Shown here piece by piece: positions 55,621 to 64,000 of a stretch of DNA of 64,000 bases. The position numbers and the translations under genes were made by a program. Source of the stretch: Escherichia phage vB_EcoM_3HA11. The first letter of the stretch is position 1, and the number at the start of each line of letters is the position of its first letter. Below the pieces are notes generated by a model. That model ran no database searches and was not told where the DNA came from. It saw only the letters and a list, made by a program, of their open reading frames with translations. Location of the stretch: the sequence record MN342150. One strand, 5' to 3'.

Positions 55621-56190
55621 TTATTTTATCAATTCTAACTTCACAACGCGGCGCAGAAGATAAACATATTCACCAGACGCTTCATGCGACATATAATGTG
55701 TAGAAGGGGTGGAATGGTTGTTCTGGGTTTCTTTTAACCCAACGCGTTCAGCCCAACCATTAATGGAGTTCCCGTAAAACCCGATAATCGCGCCGAAATA
55801 AATGCGCTGGCTCTCTGGTTCTAAAATATAGTTGACAGTGAAGCAGATGTCAGAACGAATAGATTCTAATTTTATACCAACCCGACCTTCAGAGAATTCG
55901 TTGCGAACATACAAATGACGAAAACGATCGCGTCGCGCTTGTGATGACTCTTCCAATTCTTGGCGAAGTGAGGATGTTGCATCGATATTAAATGAAAATG
56001 TCGGGTTTTGCAAATCGGTACGGGCTAACTCTAATGCTGATTCAACAACACGGCGGAAATTAATATTTTTGCCAGTCAGACGTTTCACTTCTTCTGTAAT
56101 TGTTCCGAAAGGAATTTTTGTAGCACGTTCCCCTTCGTATTTTGCTAACAAAGGGATGATGTGTTTCATTATTGCTGTATTAATGTGCAT
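55621..56190 (-). CDS. hypothetical protein (189 aa)
   Basis: Isolated minus-strand ORF between the ncRNA-like region and the plus-strand structural operon. Confidence 0.4.
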   Translation of the reverse strand: MHINTAIMKHIIPLLAKYEGERATKIPFGTITEEVKRLTGKNINFRRVVESALELARTDLQNPTFSFNIDATSSLRQELEESSQARRDRFRHLYVRNEFSEGRVGIKLESIRSDICFTVNYILEPESQRIYFGAIIGFYGNSINGWAERVGLKETQNNHSTPSTHYMSHEASGEYVYLLRRVVKLELIK

Positions 56191-56506
56191 TTCCTGAGCC
56201 TCGTCAAATTAATTAAATGTCCCCACTATTATATTGGGAATATGTTTATTGAATATAACCCCAAGAAAGGCCAATAAAATAATGACAGCGATTATTAATA
56301 GGTAAAAACTACTTTTCTACAACATCAAGAAACTGTATCTTAACGCGGTGCCCTTCGAGTTGTGAGTGTTAACGAACAACGAGAAGCAGCCTCCATGGCT
56401 GCGGAATGGGACTGCCTGTCAAGGCGGTGTTACGAGCGAGGGCGTCAGCCCCCTCGCGAGTATATTCGAATAAATTAACGCGCGAGAGCGTTTTGATTCC
56501 CTTTGG

Positions 56507-56513
56507 CTAAATA
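56507..56513 (+). promoter_or_regulatory. late-promoter-like motif CTAAATA
   Basis: About 40 nt upstream of the baseplate gene ATG at 56554. Confidence 0.25.
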
Positions 56514-56553
56514 TCTTCAACACCATATTCAAACTCAGGTGATGGAGATTATC

Positions 56554-58335
56554 ATGGCCACGCAAACAGTTCCTTCACTCGACGTCAGAGCCTTTGAGTA
56601 CATTATCAAACAGCGAATGAAAGCTGATCCCACCTTTAAAGATTATGACTTTGAAGGTTCCGGTCTTAGTGCTATTATTCGTTTGTTGGCATCTGATGCG
56701 AACGCCATAGCCTTTATGCAGAACATGCTTAATGGTGAAGGCCATTTAAAAACAGCAAATCAACGTTCTAATGTTGGTTTGTCTGCTGCTTTTCTTTCTT
56801 ATACCCCCGACAACTATCGGGCGGCATACATGTATGCCAACATCAAAGTAACGCCGTATGACGCCAGTACAGCTCCTAATGAGATCATTATGGACCGCCG
56901 TGTGATGTTCGTTGGGGCGAAGGATGGGAGTTCCTACAACTTTACTGTTGAAAAACCCGTGTCCGCCACGTTGACAACAGACGGTTATTACATGTTCAAC
57001 AACGTGAAACTGATTCAGGGTAACTGGTTGTACAAGACATATGATGTTGAAGGAAGCGCGATTTCGACTTATACGATACCTTCGGAAAATGTTGATATCA
57101 ATCATCTGGTCGTACAGGTACAGGAATCAGAGTCCTCTGATGTTTCAACGACATACCAGAGATACAACAGTCCGTTCGACCTGAATCAATATGCATATCT
57201 CTATTTTGTGGAATTAGGGATAGATGGCCTGTATGTGTTTGAGTTCGGAGATGGTTATCTGTCTCGCCGAGTAGAAGATGGCAACGTTATTTTCCTCCAG
57301 TATTTAGAAACTTCTGGCGCTGAAGGTAATGACATCACTAGTTTATCTTCCGCATCTTCGATAGGCGGGTTTAACCAGGTTGATATAGAATTGGTTTCCG
57401 AACGCAGTGCGGGTGGGGGAGATCCGGAATCTATTGAAGATACGAAGCGTCTGGCACCTTTGGCTTATCAGGCTGATGGCGCTGCCGTTACGGAAACCGA
57501 TTACGGTGTTTTAACTGAACGCTTGTTTTCTAACGTTGCCCGTGCTAAATCATATGGGGGTGATACGCTTTCCCCTCCGGATTCTGGTTACGTTTATATC
57601 GCTGTGATACCATCTGTTGGGGAGACTCTTTCAGACGCAGAGAAGGCTGATATCGTTGCCGCGTTGGACAAATACAACGTTGGGTCCATCACCCCCAAAG
57701 TGGTAGATTCTGAGATCACATATATCCAAGTCGCCACGACTATATTTTGGGATCCGACTTCAACGGTTTATGTTGAAGAACAAATGAAAGTGGTGGTGGG
57801 TAATAGTATCACCAAATGGGGTGAAAACAATCTCGGTGGTTTTGATCAATTGTTCGATAAAGAGATATTGCAGGAAGCAATTACTAAAATGGAACGATCC
57901 ATCAATTCGAATATTACAGCTGTTGGGTATAAACGCCATTTCAAACCAGAATACGGGATTTTGGACAGCTTTACGTTTAATTATGGAAGAAGTATCAAAT
58001 CTGGTTCTGTGAAAATAACAGGGTTCAAACCGCTTCCAGCAGAAGTTGATTTCACTTATTATATGCGCGATGACAATGGCGATTTGAACATGTATAAAGT
58101 GAACAACAACGACACCACTAAAGAATTTTTGGTTCAAAAGACTGGTGTTGTGGATTACGCCAACGGCGTCGTAGATCTTCAGCAGATTACGGTTTCAAAC
58201 TATAATACTGAAGGAGTAACGATCGTTGTGCTACCAGATGGCCTGAACCAGAACATACAGGCTACGCAAAACCAGGTATTCAAGATTGGTGATGTGGTTG
58301 TTACGCCAGAGGTGCGCTATGTCCAAAGATCTTAA
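56554..58335 (+). CDS. baseplate wedge protein (gp6 / Baseplate-J-like, putative)
   Basis: About 593 aa from an ATG with GGAG RBS (track ORF begins at 56503); first gene of a coupled baseplate/fibre operon; CTAAATA late-promoter-like motif upstream. Confidence 0.4.
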   Translation: MATQTVPSLDVRAFEYIIKQRMKADPTFKDYDFEGSGLSAIIRLLASDANAIAFMQNMLNGEGHLKTANQRSNVGLSAAFLSYTPDNYRAAYMYANIKVTPYDASTAPNEIIMDRRVMFVGAKDGSSYNFTVEKPVSATLTTDGYYMFNNVKLIQGNWLYKTYDVEGSAISTYTIPSENVDINHLVVQVQESESSDVSTTYQRYNSPFDLNQYAYLYFVELGIDGLYVFEFGDGYLSRRVEDGNVIFLQYLETSGAEGNDITSLSSASSIGGFNQVDIELVSERSAGGGDPESIEDTKRLAPLAYQADGAAVTETDYGVLTERLFSNVARAKSYGGDTLSPPDSGYVYIAVIPSVGETLSDAEKADIVAALDKYNVGSITPKVVDSEITYIQVATTIFWDPTSTVYVEEQMKVVVGNSITKWGENNLGGFDQLFDKEILQEAITKMERSINSNITAVGYKRHFKPEYGILDSFTFNYGRSIKSGSVKITGFKPLPAEVDFTYYMRDDNGDLNMYKVNNNDTTKEFLVQKTGVVDYANGVVDLQQITVSNYNTEGVTIVVLPDGLNQNIQATQNQVFKIGDVVVTPEVRYVQRS

Positions 58336-59173
58336 TAATGGGCACAACGGGGTTAAGTATGAAACTCCGTTGTTCTACCAGAATGATTTCCCTCTGTTCA
58401 TAGAATTTATGGACACGTTCTTCAATTGGTTGTATAGGCAGCAGGGGTTCACTCAAGAAGAGATATTGGCATATTTGGCAGATACGTCTAGTTGGATGAA
58501 TCCCGAGAGTGAAGATTCTCCTGTTAAACAACTCATAGATTTAAAGGCCGACAAAACGCCAGGCTCTGAAGCCAAAGATTATTTGTCAGATAAATTTTTG
58601 GTCAGAACATTTGAGAACATGATGGCTCTTGATGCCGAGACGCTGCTAGACGCTGATGGAAGGCCGTTGCTTTCTATTGAAGACAAGAACAAGCAGATAG
58701 ACGACTGGTATAATGATTTTGGGTTTCAACGAACTGTCGATAAATCATTTCAAGAATTTGGACATTTTATCCCAGTCGGTTCGGATTCTTTATTGACGGC
58801 CACGGGCGATACGTTCTCTGTTTATATTGAAGGAACTAAACGAAGAACTCTGGATCATCCGCGTTGGCTGAAATTGTTGAAACACATTTATAAAATACGT
58901 GGAACAAAGAAAGCGATTGAATTGTTCTTTTGGATATATTTCGGTTGTCCAGTCAGCGTCTATTTTACGAAAGAAGACATAGGCGGTCTGGACGGAAATT
59001 TTGAATGTGACGGCACGACAGGGATGCGTGATGATTACTATTATGATGAATACACTTATGTTATAGGAGTCCCAGGCGACGTATCTGATTTTGAAGGTGT
59101 GTTTGAGCGCGTCTTCCGTCAGCATTTCCATCCTGCTGGATTTACTGTATTCCTAGAAAGCACAAGGAGCTAA
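58319..59173 (+). CDS. baseplate/tail-fibre-associated protein (putative)
   Basis: About 284 aa; ATG inside track ORF 58286..59173, 17-nt overlap with the preceding gene. Confidence 0.4.
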   Translation: MSKDLNNGHNGVKYETPLFYQNDFPLFIEFMDTFFNWLYRQQGFTQEEILAYLADTSSWMNPESEDSPVKQLIDLKADKTPGSEAKDYLSDKFLVRTFENMMALDAETLLDADGRPLLSIEDKNKQIDDWYNDFGFQRTVDKSFQEFGHFIPVGSDSLLTATGDTFSVYIEGTKRRTLDHPRWLKLLKHIYKIRGTKKAIELFFWIYFGCPVSVYFTKEDIGGLDGNFECDGTTGMRDDYYYDEYTYVIGVPGDVSDFEGVFERVFRQHFHPAGFTVFLESTRS

Positions 59174-59175
59174 AA

Positions 59176-60366
59176 ATGGCCGATTTCCTGAGTCAATATA
59201 CAGGTCAGCAGATAGATCAGATATTGGGTTCTGTTGACGACAAAGTAAGTAAAAACGACGTCATTGATGATTTTGAAGTCAGTGACCCATTGTTTCCGCC
59301 TTCTGCTCGCCTGACTTATGAGTTGAAAAGGTCTGTGGATACGATTAATGATACCCTGACCAACAAAGTTATAAGAACGGATAGTGGCGAACAGACAATC
59401 AATGGCAAAAAGACTTTCAATGCTTTGTTGGTGACCAATGGGGGCATACAAGTCCCCGCTGGAAAATCCGTTTCAATCACAGATGAACCAACGAACTCGA
59501 CAGATGGTGTTAACCTGAGCATGTTGAGAAAGCATGGCGTCAGTGAAGACACTACCCCGCCTGGTTCTGGTTTGGCTGGGGAGTTGTTGACATCCGGATA
59601 TTACAAATTCAATTTGGATTTCACCAGATTGTCTGCGTATACCGGACCAACGTTGCCGACTTCAGTTCCTGTACAGACAGATTCTGGAGCGCGTTATTGG
59701 ACAATGACTGCATTTTTTGATGCGTTGTTTGCAGACAACCGATTTAATGGATATGTGACAACGACAGCGTATGACGCAGATATGCTGAGTCTAGAGTCTC
59801 AGATTAATAACATCAACACGTCGTTGAACGGGAAAGTCAACACCTCAACTTACAACACTAAGATGGCGTCGTTGGATTTGAGTATCTCCAATATCAACAC
59901 GTCTCTGGGTAATAAAGTCGAGGTCAGCACATATAATACGAAGATGACTTCCTTGGACGGCAGTATCAGTTCTCTCACGACTGGTAAGGTCGATGTATCA
60001 ACGTATAATGCCAAAATGACCACAATTGATAACAGTTTAGGGAACGCAGTTTATCGTACCAAAACGAATTTGTCGTCATACACGGTTTCGGCTTCGGGAA
60101 CGACGGCTCTTCCAGATTTTGATTTGGTAAACCTTTGTCAAATACTGGTAACTGCGCAATGGGGGACAGGTAACGTTGTTGACACATATCGAGTAACCAT
60201 AACTCGTGACGGAACGATCAAATCAGAGTTGTTGGTTCAGAAAAGTACGAGCGGTACAGTGACGTTCACAGGGGCTGTGGTGGGTGGCAAATTGAGAATT
60301 TCCGTTGTTAATGCAAATACAACAACCGCTTGTTCTGTCGATTATTCTATTGCAGCTTATTTCTAA
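59176..60366 (+). CDS. tail fibre protein with tandem repeats
   Basis: 396 aa; SGEQTINGKKTFNALLVTNGGIQVPAG fibre-like motif; three tandem repeats of about 20 aa (KVNTSTYNTKMASLD / KVEVSTYNTKMTSLD / KVDVSTYNAKMTTID). Confidence 0.5.
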   Translation: MADFLSQYTGQQIDQILGSVDDKVSKNDVIDDFEVSDPLFPPSARLTYELKRSVDTINDTLTNKVIRTDSGEQTINGKKTFNALLVTNGGIQVPAGKSVSITDEPTNSTDGVNLSMLRKHGVSEDTTPPGSGLAGELLTSGYYKFNLDFTRLSAYTGPTLPTSVPVQTDSGARYWTMTAFFDALFADNRFNGYVTTTAYDADMLSLESQINNINTSLNGKVNTSTYNTKMASLDLSISNINTSLGNKVEVSTYNTKMTSLDGSISSLTTGKVDVSTYNAKMTTIDNSLGNAVYRTKTNLSSYTVSASGTTALPDFDLVNLCQILVTAQWGTGNVVDTYRVTITRDGTIKSELLVQKSTSGTVTFTGAVVGGKLRISVVNANTTTACSVDYSIAAYF

Positions 60367-60368
60367 AA

Positions 60369-60375
60369 CTAAATA
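60369..60375 (+). promoter_or_regulatory. late-promoter-like motif CTAAATA followed by a 9-bp 5'-UTR hairpin
   Basis: Upstream of the tailspike ATG at 60413; inverted repeat AATACCCCT/AGGGGTATT between motif and start. Confidence 0.25.
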
Positions 60376-60412
60376 CCCCTAGATGACATGAATACATTTA
60401 GGGGTATTACAA

Positions 60413-63400
60413 ATGGCCAACAAACCAACACAGCCTCTTTTCCCTTTGGGTTTAGAAACTTCTGAGTCTTCGAACATAAAAGGCTTCAACAACTCCGGCA
60501 CTATTGAGCATTCCCCTGGTGCCGTAATGACATTCCCTGAAGATACTGAAGTTGCAGGTCTTCCATCTTCTGTACGTTACAATCCTGATAGCGATGAATT
60601 TGAAGGTTATTACGAAAACGGTGGTTGGTTGTCTTTGGGGGGCGGTGGAATACGCTGGGAAACGCTCCCTCACGCTCCCTCTAGCAATTTGTTAGAAGGT
60701 CGCGGCTATCTCATTAATAACACCACAGGGGCATCTACAGTGGTTCTCCCTCCCCCTACACGTGTTGGGGATTCCGTTACTATTTGTGATGCTTATGGAA
60801 AATTCGCCACTTACCCATTGACTGTATCTCCAGCGGGAAATAACCTTTACGGCTCCACCGAAGATATGACGATATCCACCGATAACGTGTCGGCGACTTT
60901 CACTTGGTCTGGGCCTGAACAAGGTTGGGTTGTCACATCCGGCGTCGGCCTTGGCCAAGGCCGTGTCTACAGTCGTGAGATTTTTACACAAATTTTGGCG
61001 TCTGAAACAAGCGCTGTCACTCTCAATACTCCACCAACAATCGTGGACGTGTATGCTGACGGAAAACGTCTTGCGGAATCCAAATATTCACTAGATGGGA
61101 ATGTGATCACTTTCAGTCCTTCTTTGCCAGCCAGCACAGAACTTCAGGTGATTGAATATACTCCTATTCAATTGGGTAATGGCGGTGGTTCTAGTTCTTC
61201 TACGATTACCTGGGTCTATAATGGGGGTTCTGCGATTGGTGGTGAAACCGAAATCACGTTAGACATCGTTGTCGATGATGTTCCGGCCATTGATATAAAC
61301 GGAAGTCGCCAGTATAAAAATCTGGGGTTCACATTTGATCCATTAACCAGTAAAATCACTCTTGCGCAAGAACTGGATGCAGAGGATGAAGTTGTTGTAA
61401 TTATCAATGGAACGCCAAACATCTATAATCAAATTGATTATACTTTGCGGGAAGTGGCTCGTGTAACCAATGTTAAAGATACAGAGGTTGTTTATTTTAG
61501 TGTTGGTGCGGTGTTAAGCGGGTATAAAGTTATCTATGATAAAGTAACACAGAGATCATATTTTATTCCAGAGCTACCGACTGGAACCACGGCAGTCAGC
61601 CTTAGTTCTTCGGCTGTACTTGTGCATTCTGCTGGTAGTGTTGATCTGGGCGCATTAGCTGTATCTCGTGAAGAATATGTTACCTTGTCTGGGACATTTG
61701 ATTCTGGTGCTGTTATCAATGTTAAAAATGAATTACTCACCCATACGAACGGTAAGTATCGTTGGGATGGTGCACTTCCTAAAACTGTCGATGCTGGCTC
61801 AACACCTGAGACAACTGGCGGCGTTGATTTAGGTGCATGGGTTAGTGTTGGTGATGCTTCTCTACGTAATGATTTAAAATCTGATGATGTACAGTTAGGT
61901 GATAACTTAATTACAGTAAAGCAACCATTCTCTTCAGCATCTACCAGAACCCAACACAATAAGAACTCAGAATTCGTCAGTCTGATGGATTTTGTCGACC
62001 CTAATACCGTCACTACGGATTACACGATTGCTATTTTTAATGCTATATCTGATGGTGTGACTGGTCTGATAATTCCTCCAGGAAAATATGTAGTCAGTAA
62101 TCTTGAGATTGGTATCCCATTACAATTTCTTCCAGGTAGTTCGTTGTCTGTCACAGCAGGGTCAACCTTAACAATCAGGGGACAAATTTTTGCTCCTGAT
62201 GTTAGAATTTTTTATGGTGATGGTACTGTTAATATTCAGGGGCCAGCCAGAAAAAATAAATCAGGTGCTTACTGGTTTGGGCTACATGGAAATGATGTAC
62301 GTGTAACTGCAACATGTGCAATTGGTAATCCGGTAATATCTGCCCCAGGTCATTTCTTCCAGGAAGGGGATGGTGTAGCTATAGAACATGTTGGGTCTGC
62401 TGCTGCATTACCCATCCCTACAAATGTCACTGTAGCGGCAACAGGACTTAATAGACAAGGGCCAACAGGAACCACAACATACAGCTATCGCGTTGCTACC
62501 GTTGATGAGAATGGTGCTGTAAGTGTAGCTAGTGCACCAATTACCATTACTAATGGTAATGACACTCTTGGTAAATTGACACCAAGCATACGTGGTTTAG
62601 CTTTTAACGTTATTCGTTGGGATAGTTCTATAGGAAGTGCTGCTGTATGGCGCAGTAAAGCTGGTGGTGCATATGAACTATTGGGTGTATTTGGTATGGG
62701 TCAATCTGACTCTATAGCTAATGGCCTAATGGATTCTGGATTGCCTGCTATCACTATACCGTGGATTCCACCACAACCTACGGAAGCGGCATTACCTCCA
62801 CGTATTATTACTAAAGTTGTTTCTGTAACTACTAATACGGTTACTGTGAAGAATGCACCACAAGTAACTGGTGCTGCATTGATACGTAATGATGCGTCAG
62901 TAGACTTGGTTAGTTACATGAATAATTGTGATGAGGCATTTATCCCCTCTGGTGTGCATAACGTAACAAGCTGCACTGTTCCTACCACAGTTAAACGAAT
63001 TTTTGGTAATGGATACCAGTCTCTTATATATGGTTGGGGTAACTTAAATAGCGTACTTAATTGTACTGGGATGGGGGCTGGATTCTCGATTGAAGGTATT
63101 CGTGTGCATAGTACAGCTTGGCATAACCAGATTGGCATTCAATTGAACCAGCTTACTAAGGCAAAGGTCAAAGATTGTTATACGTCTGGTAACTTGCCCA
63201 TATTCCTCAATGGTTGTACCCGCACAGTTGTATCCGATGTGCTTGTTGAAGAGTGGATTGATTCCGCAATTTTCGACTACATGGGTAACTGGAATACCAT
63301 CAAAGATATTGACGTGGAACAAGGCTGTGCAGCTATCCCACAAAACGCTGCTGCTATTCACTTGTATGGTACAAGTACTGGCATTGTTAGGGATATTCGC

Positions 63401-63994
63401 ACATCTGGTTTCCATGTGTATGGGGTTAAGATAGAAAGTGGTAATCAGAACTGGGCATATCAGAACTACATCAGTAACTCTTGGGTAGAATCTCTTCACA
63501 TTACTGGTAGTTCTTCTGGCAACAGGCTTACCAATAACTCAGTGTTCGGTGGCACTCATTGCATGGATTATGCTATTAGTATTAGCAACGATGACCGACC
63601 AAACTGCGTTATGCACGCGAATGAGGTTGCCTACAACTTCATTTATGAATGCGGTACTAGTGCAATAGCTGTTTGTGAATTTGGAGGTGCTAACCCAGAT
63701 ATAAATTACACGGTAGTTAAGGGTAATACCGTATTTGGTGCTAATAAGAATGGTATTGCAAATACACCAGAAATTTATATTGAAGGTTCCCACGTACATA
63801 ATACGTACGTAAGTGACCATCATTCGTTTTCTTCTGGTGCTGTGAATTATACGGTACAAGAAGTTAACGACCTCTACGGATTACCCAACAACACACAAGT
63901 TGGTACTCTTTTTGGCGATACACCAACAACAGGCCTCGTTATGTTGACTGGTACTGGCAGTGCTAAACTAGCAGGCGGAGGAACTGGCTTATAA
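60413..63994 (+). CDS. tailspike / large tail fibre protein (receptor-binding, possible beta-helix depolymerase)
   Basis: 1193 aa; Gly/Ser/Thr/Asn/Val-rich beta composition; CTAAATA motif and 5'-UTR hairpin upstream; GC content falls in the distal two-thirds. Confidence 0.5.
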   Translation: MANKPTQPLFPLGLETSESSNIKGFNNSGTIEHSPGAVMTFPEDTEVAGLPSSVRYNPDSDEFEGYYENGGWLSLGGGGIRWETLPHAPSSNLLEGRGYLINNTTGASTVVLPPPTRVGDSVTICDAYGKFATYPLTVSPAGNNLYGSTEDMTISTDNVSATFTWSGPEQGWVVTSGVGLGQGRVYSREIFTQILASETSAVTLNTPPTIVDVYADGKRLAESKYSLDGNVITFSPSLPASTELQVIEYTPIQLGNGGGSSSSTITWVYNGGSAIGGETEITLDIVVDDVPAIDINGSRQYKNLGFTFDPLTSKITLAQELDAEDEVVVIINGTPNIYNQIDYTLREVARVTNVKDTEVVYFSVGAVLSGYKVIYDKVTQRSYFIPELPTGTTAVSLSSSAVLVHSAGSVDLGALAVSREEYVTLSGTFDSGAVINVKNELLTHTNGKYRWDGALPKTVDAGSTPETTGGVDLGAWVSVGDASLRNDLKSDDVQLGDNLITVKQPFSSASTRTQHNKNSEFVSLMDFVDPNTVTTDYTIAIFNAISDGVTGLIIPPGKYVVSNLEIGIPLQFLPGSSLSVTAGSTLTIRGQIFAPDVRIFYGDGTVNIQGPARKNKSGAYWFGLHGNDVRVTATCAIGNPVISAPGHFFQEGDGVAIEHVGSAAALPIPTNVTVAATGLNRQGPTGTTTYSYRVATVDENGAVSVASAPITITNGNDTLGKLTPSIRGLAFNVIRWDSSIGSAAVWRSKAGGAYELLGVFGMGQSDSIANGLMDSGLPAITIPWIPPQPTEAALPPRIITKVVSVTTNTVTVKNAPQVTGAALIRNDASVDLVSYMNNCDEAFIPSGVHNVTSCTVPTTVKRIFGNGYQSLIYGWGNLNSVLNCTGMGAGFSIEGIRVHSTAWHNQIGIQLNQLTKAKVKDCYTSGNLPIFLNGCTRTVVSDVLVEEWIDSAIFDYMGNWNTIKDIDVEQGCAAIPQNAAAIHLYGTSTGIVRDIRTSGFHVYGVKIESGNQNWAYQNYISNSWVESLHITGSSSGNRLTNNSVFGGTHCMDYAISISNDDRPNCVMHANEVAYNFIYECGTSAIAVCEFGGANPDINYTVVKGNTVFGANKNGIANTPEIYIEGSHVHNTYVSDHHSFSSGAVNYTVQEVNDLYGLPNNTQVGTLFGDTPTTGLVMLTGTGSAKLAGGGTGL

Positions 63995-64000
63995 CAAAAA

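Noticed and set aside
1-64000. CRISPR array, integrase, transposase or prophage attachment sites
   Set aside because: No regularly spaced direct repeats with unique spacers and no recombinase or transposase motifs seen; gene content is that of a virulent T4-like phage.
1-64000. Exact T4 late promoter TATAAATA upstream of structural genes
   Set aside because: The exact octamer was not found at the expected positions; a related CTAAATA motif is reported instead as a low-confidence candidate.

Overview
This window is a segment of a large virulent T4-superfamily myovirus genome (Tevenvirinae- or Ackermannviridae-like); no host chromosome, integrase or CRISPR array is present. All calls are made by eye from the sequence and the supplied ORF track; no database search or RNA folding was run. 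Layout: (1) 1-8.7 kb, plus-strand replication module: gp41-like helicase, small ORFs, ATP-dependent DNA ligase, gp59-like helicase loader. (2) 8.7-14.3 kb, minus-strand tail/baseplate-like structural genes and a gp4-like head completion gene. (3) 14.3-51.6 kb, a long, mostly minus-strand early/middle region: dCMP deaminase, metallophosphoesterase, QueC-like PP-loop ATPase, DEDD exonuclease-like, macro domain, topoisomerase II medium and fused large subunits, MazG-like, Ig-like protein, rIIB and rIIA, LemA-like plus a Cys-rich membrane protein, a P-loop kinase / HAD / PLP-enzyme set suggestive of DNA base hypermodification, family B DNA polymerase, an extremely acidic protein and an HGS-motif protein. 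(4) 51.7-52.9 kb, a minus-strand tRNA array (Ser, Asn, Trp, Met read canonically; three further tRNA-like elements do not) with an HNH endonuclease. (5) 53.3-55.6 kb, an ORF-poor, structured region. (6) 56.5-64 kb, plus-strand baseplate, tail fibre and a 1193-aa tailspike. The most interesting observations are a recurrent promoter-like motif TTCAATAA-N10-14-TATAAT, the ORF-poor structured region next to the tRNA array, the LemA membrane pair, the candidate DNA-modification genes, and the acidic-protein / HGS-protein / macro-domain candidates for host-defence interplay. Coordinates of CDS follow the ORF track (starts adjusted where a downstream Met with an RBS or homolog alignment supports it); coordinates of RNAs, promoters and terminators are hand-counted and approximate (about +/-2 nt).
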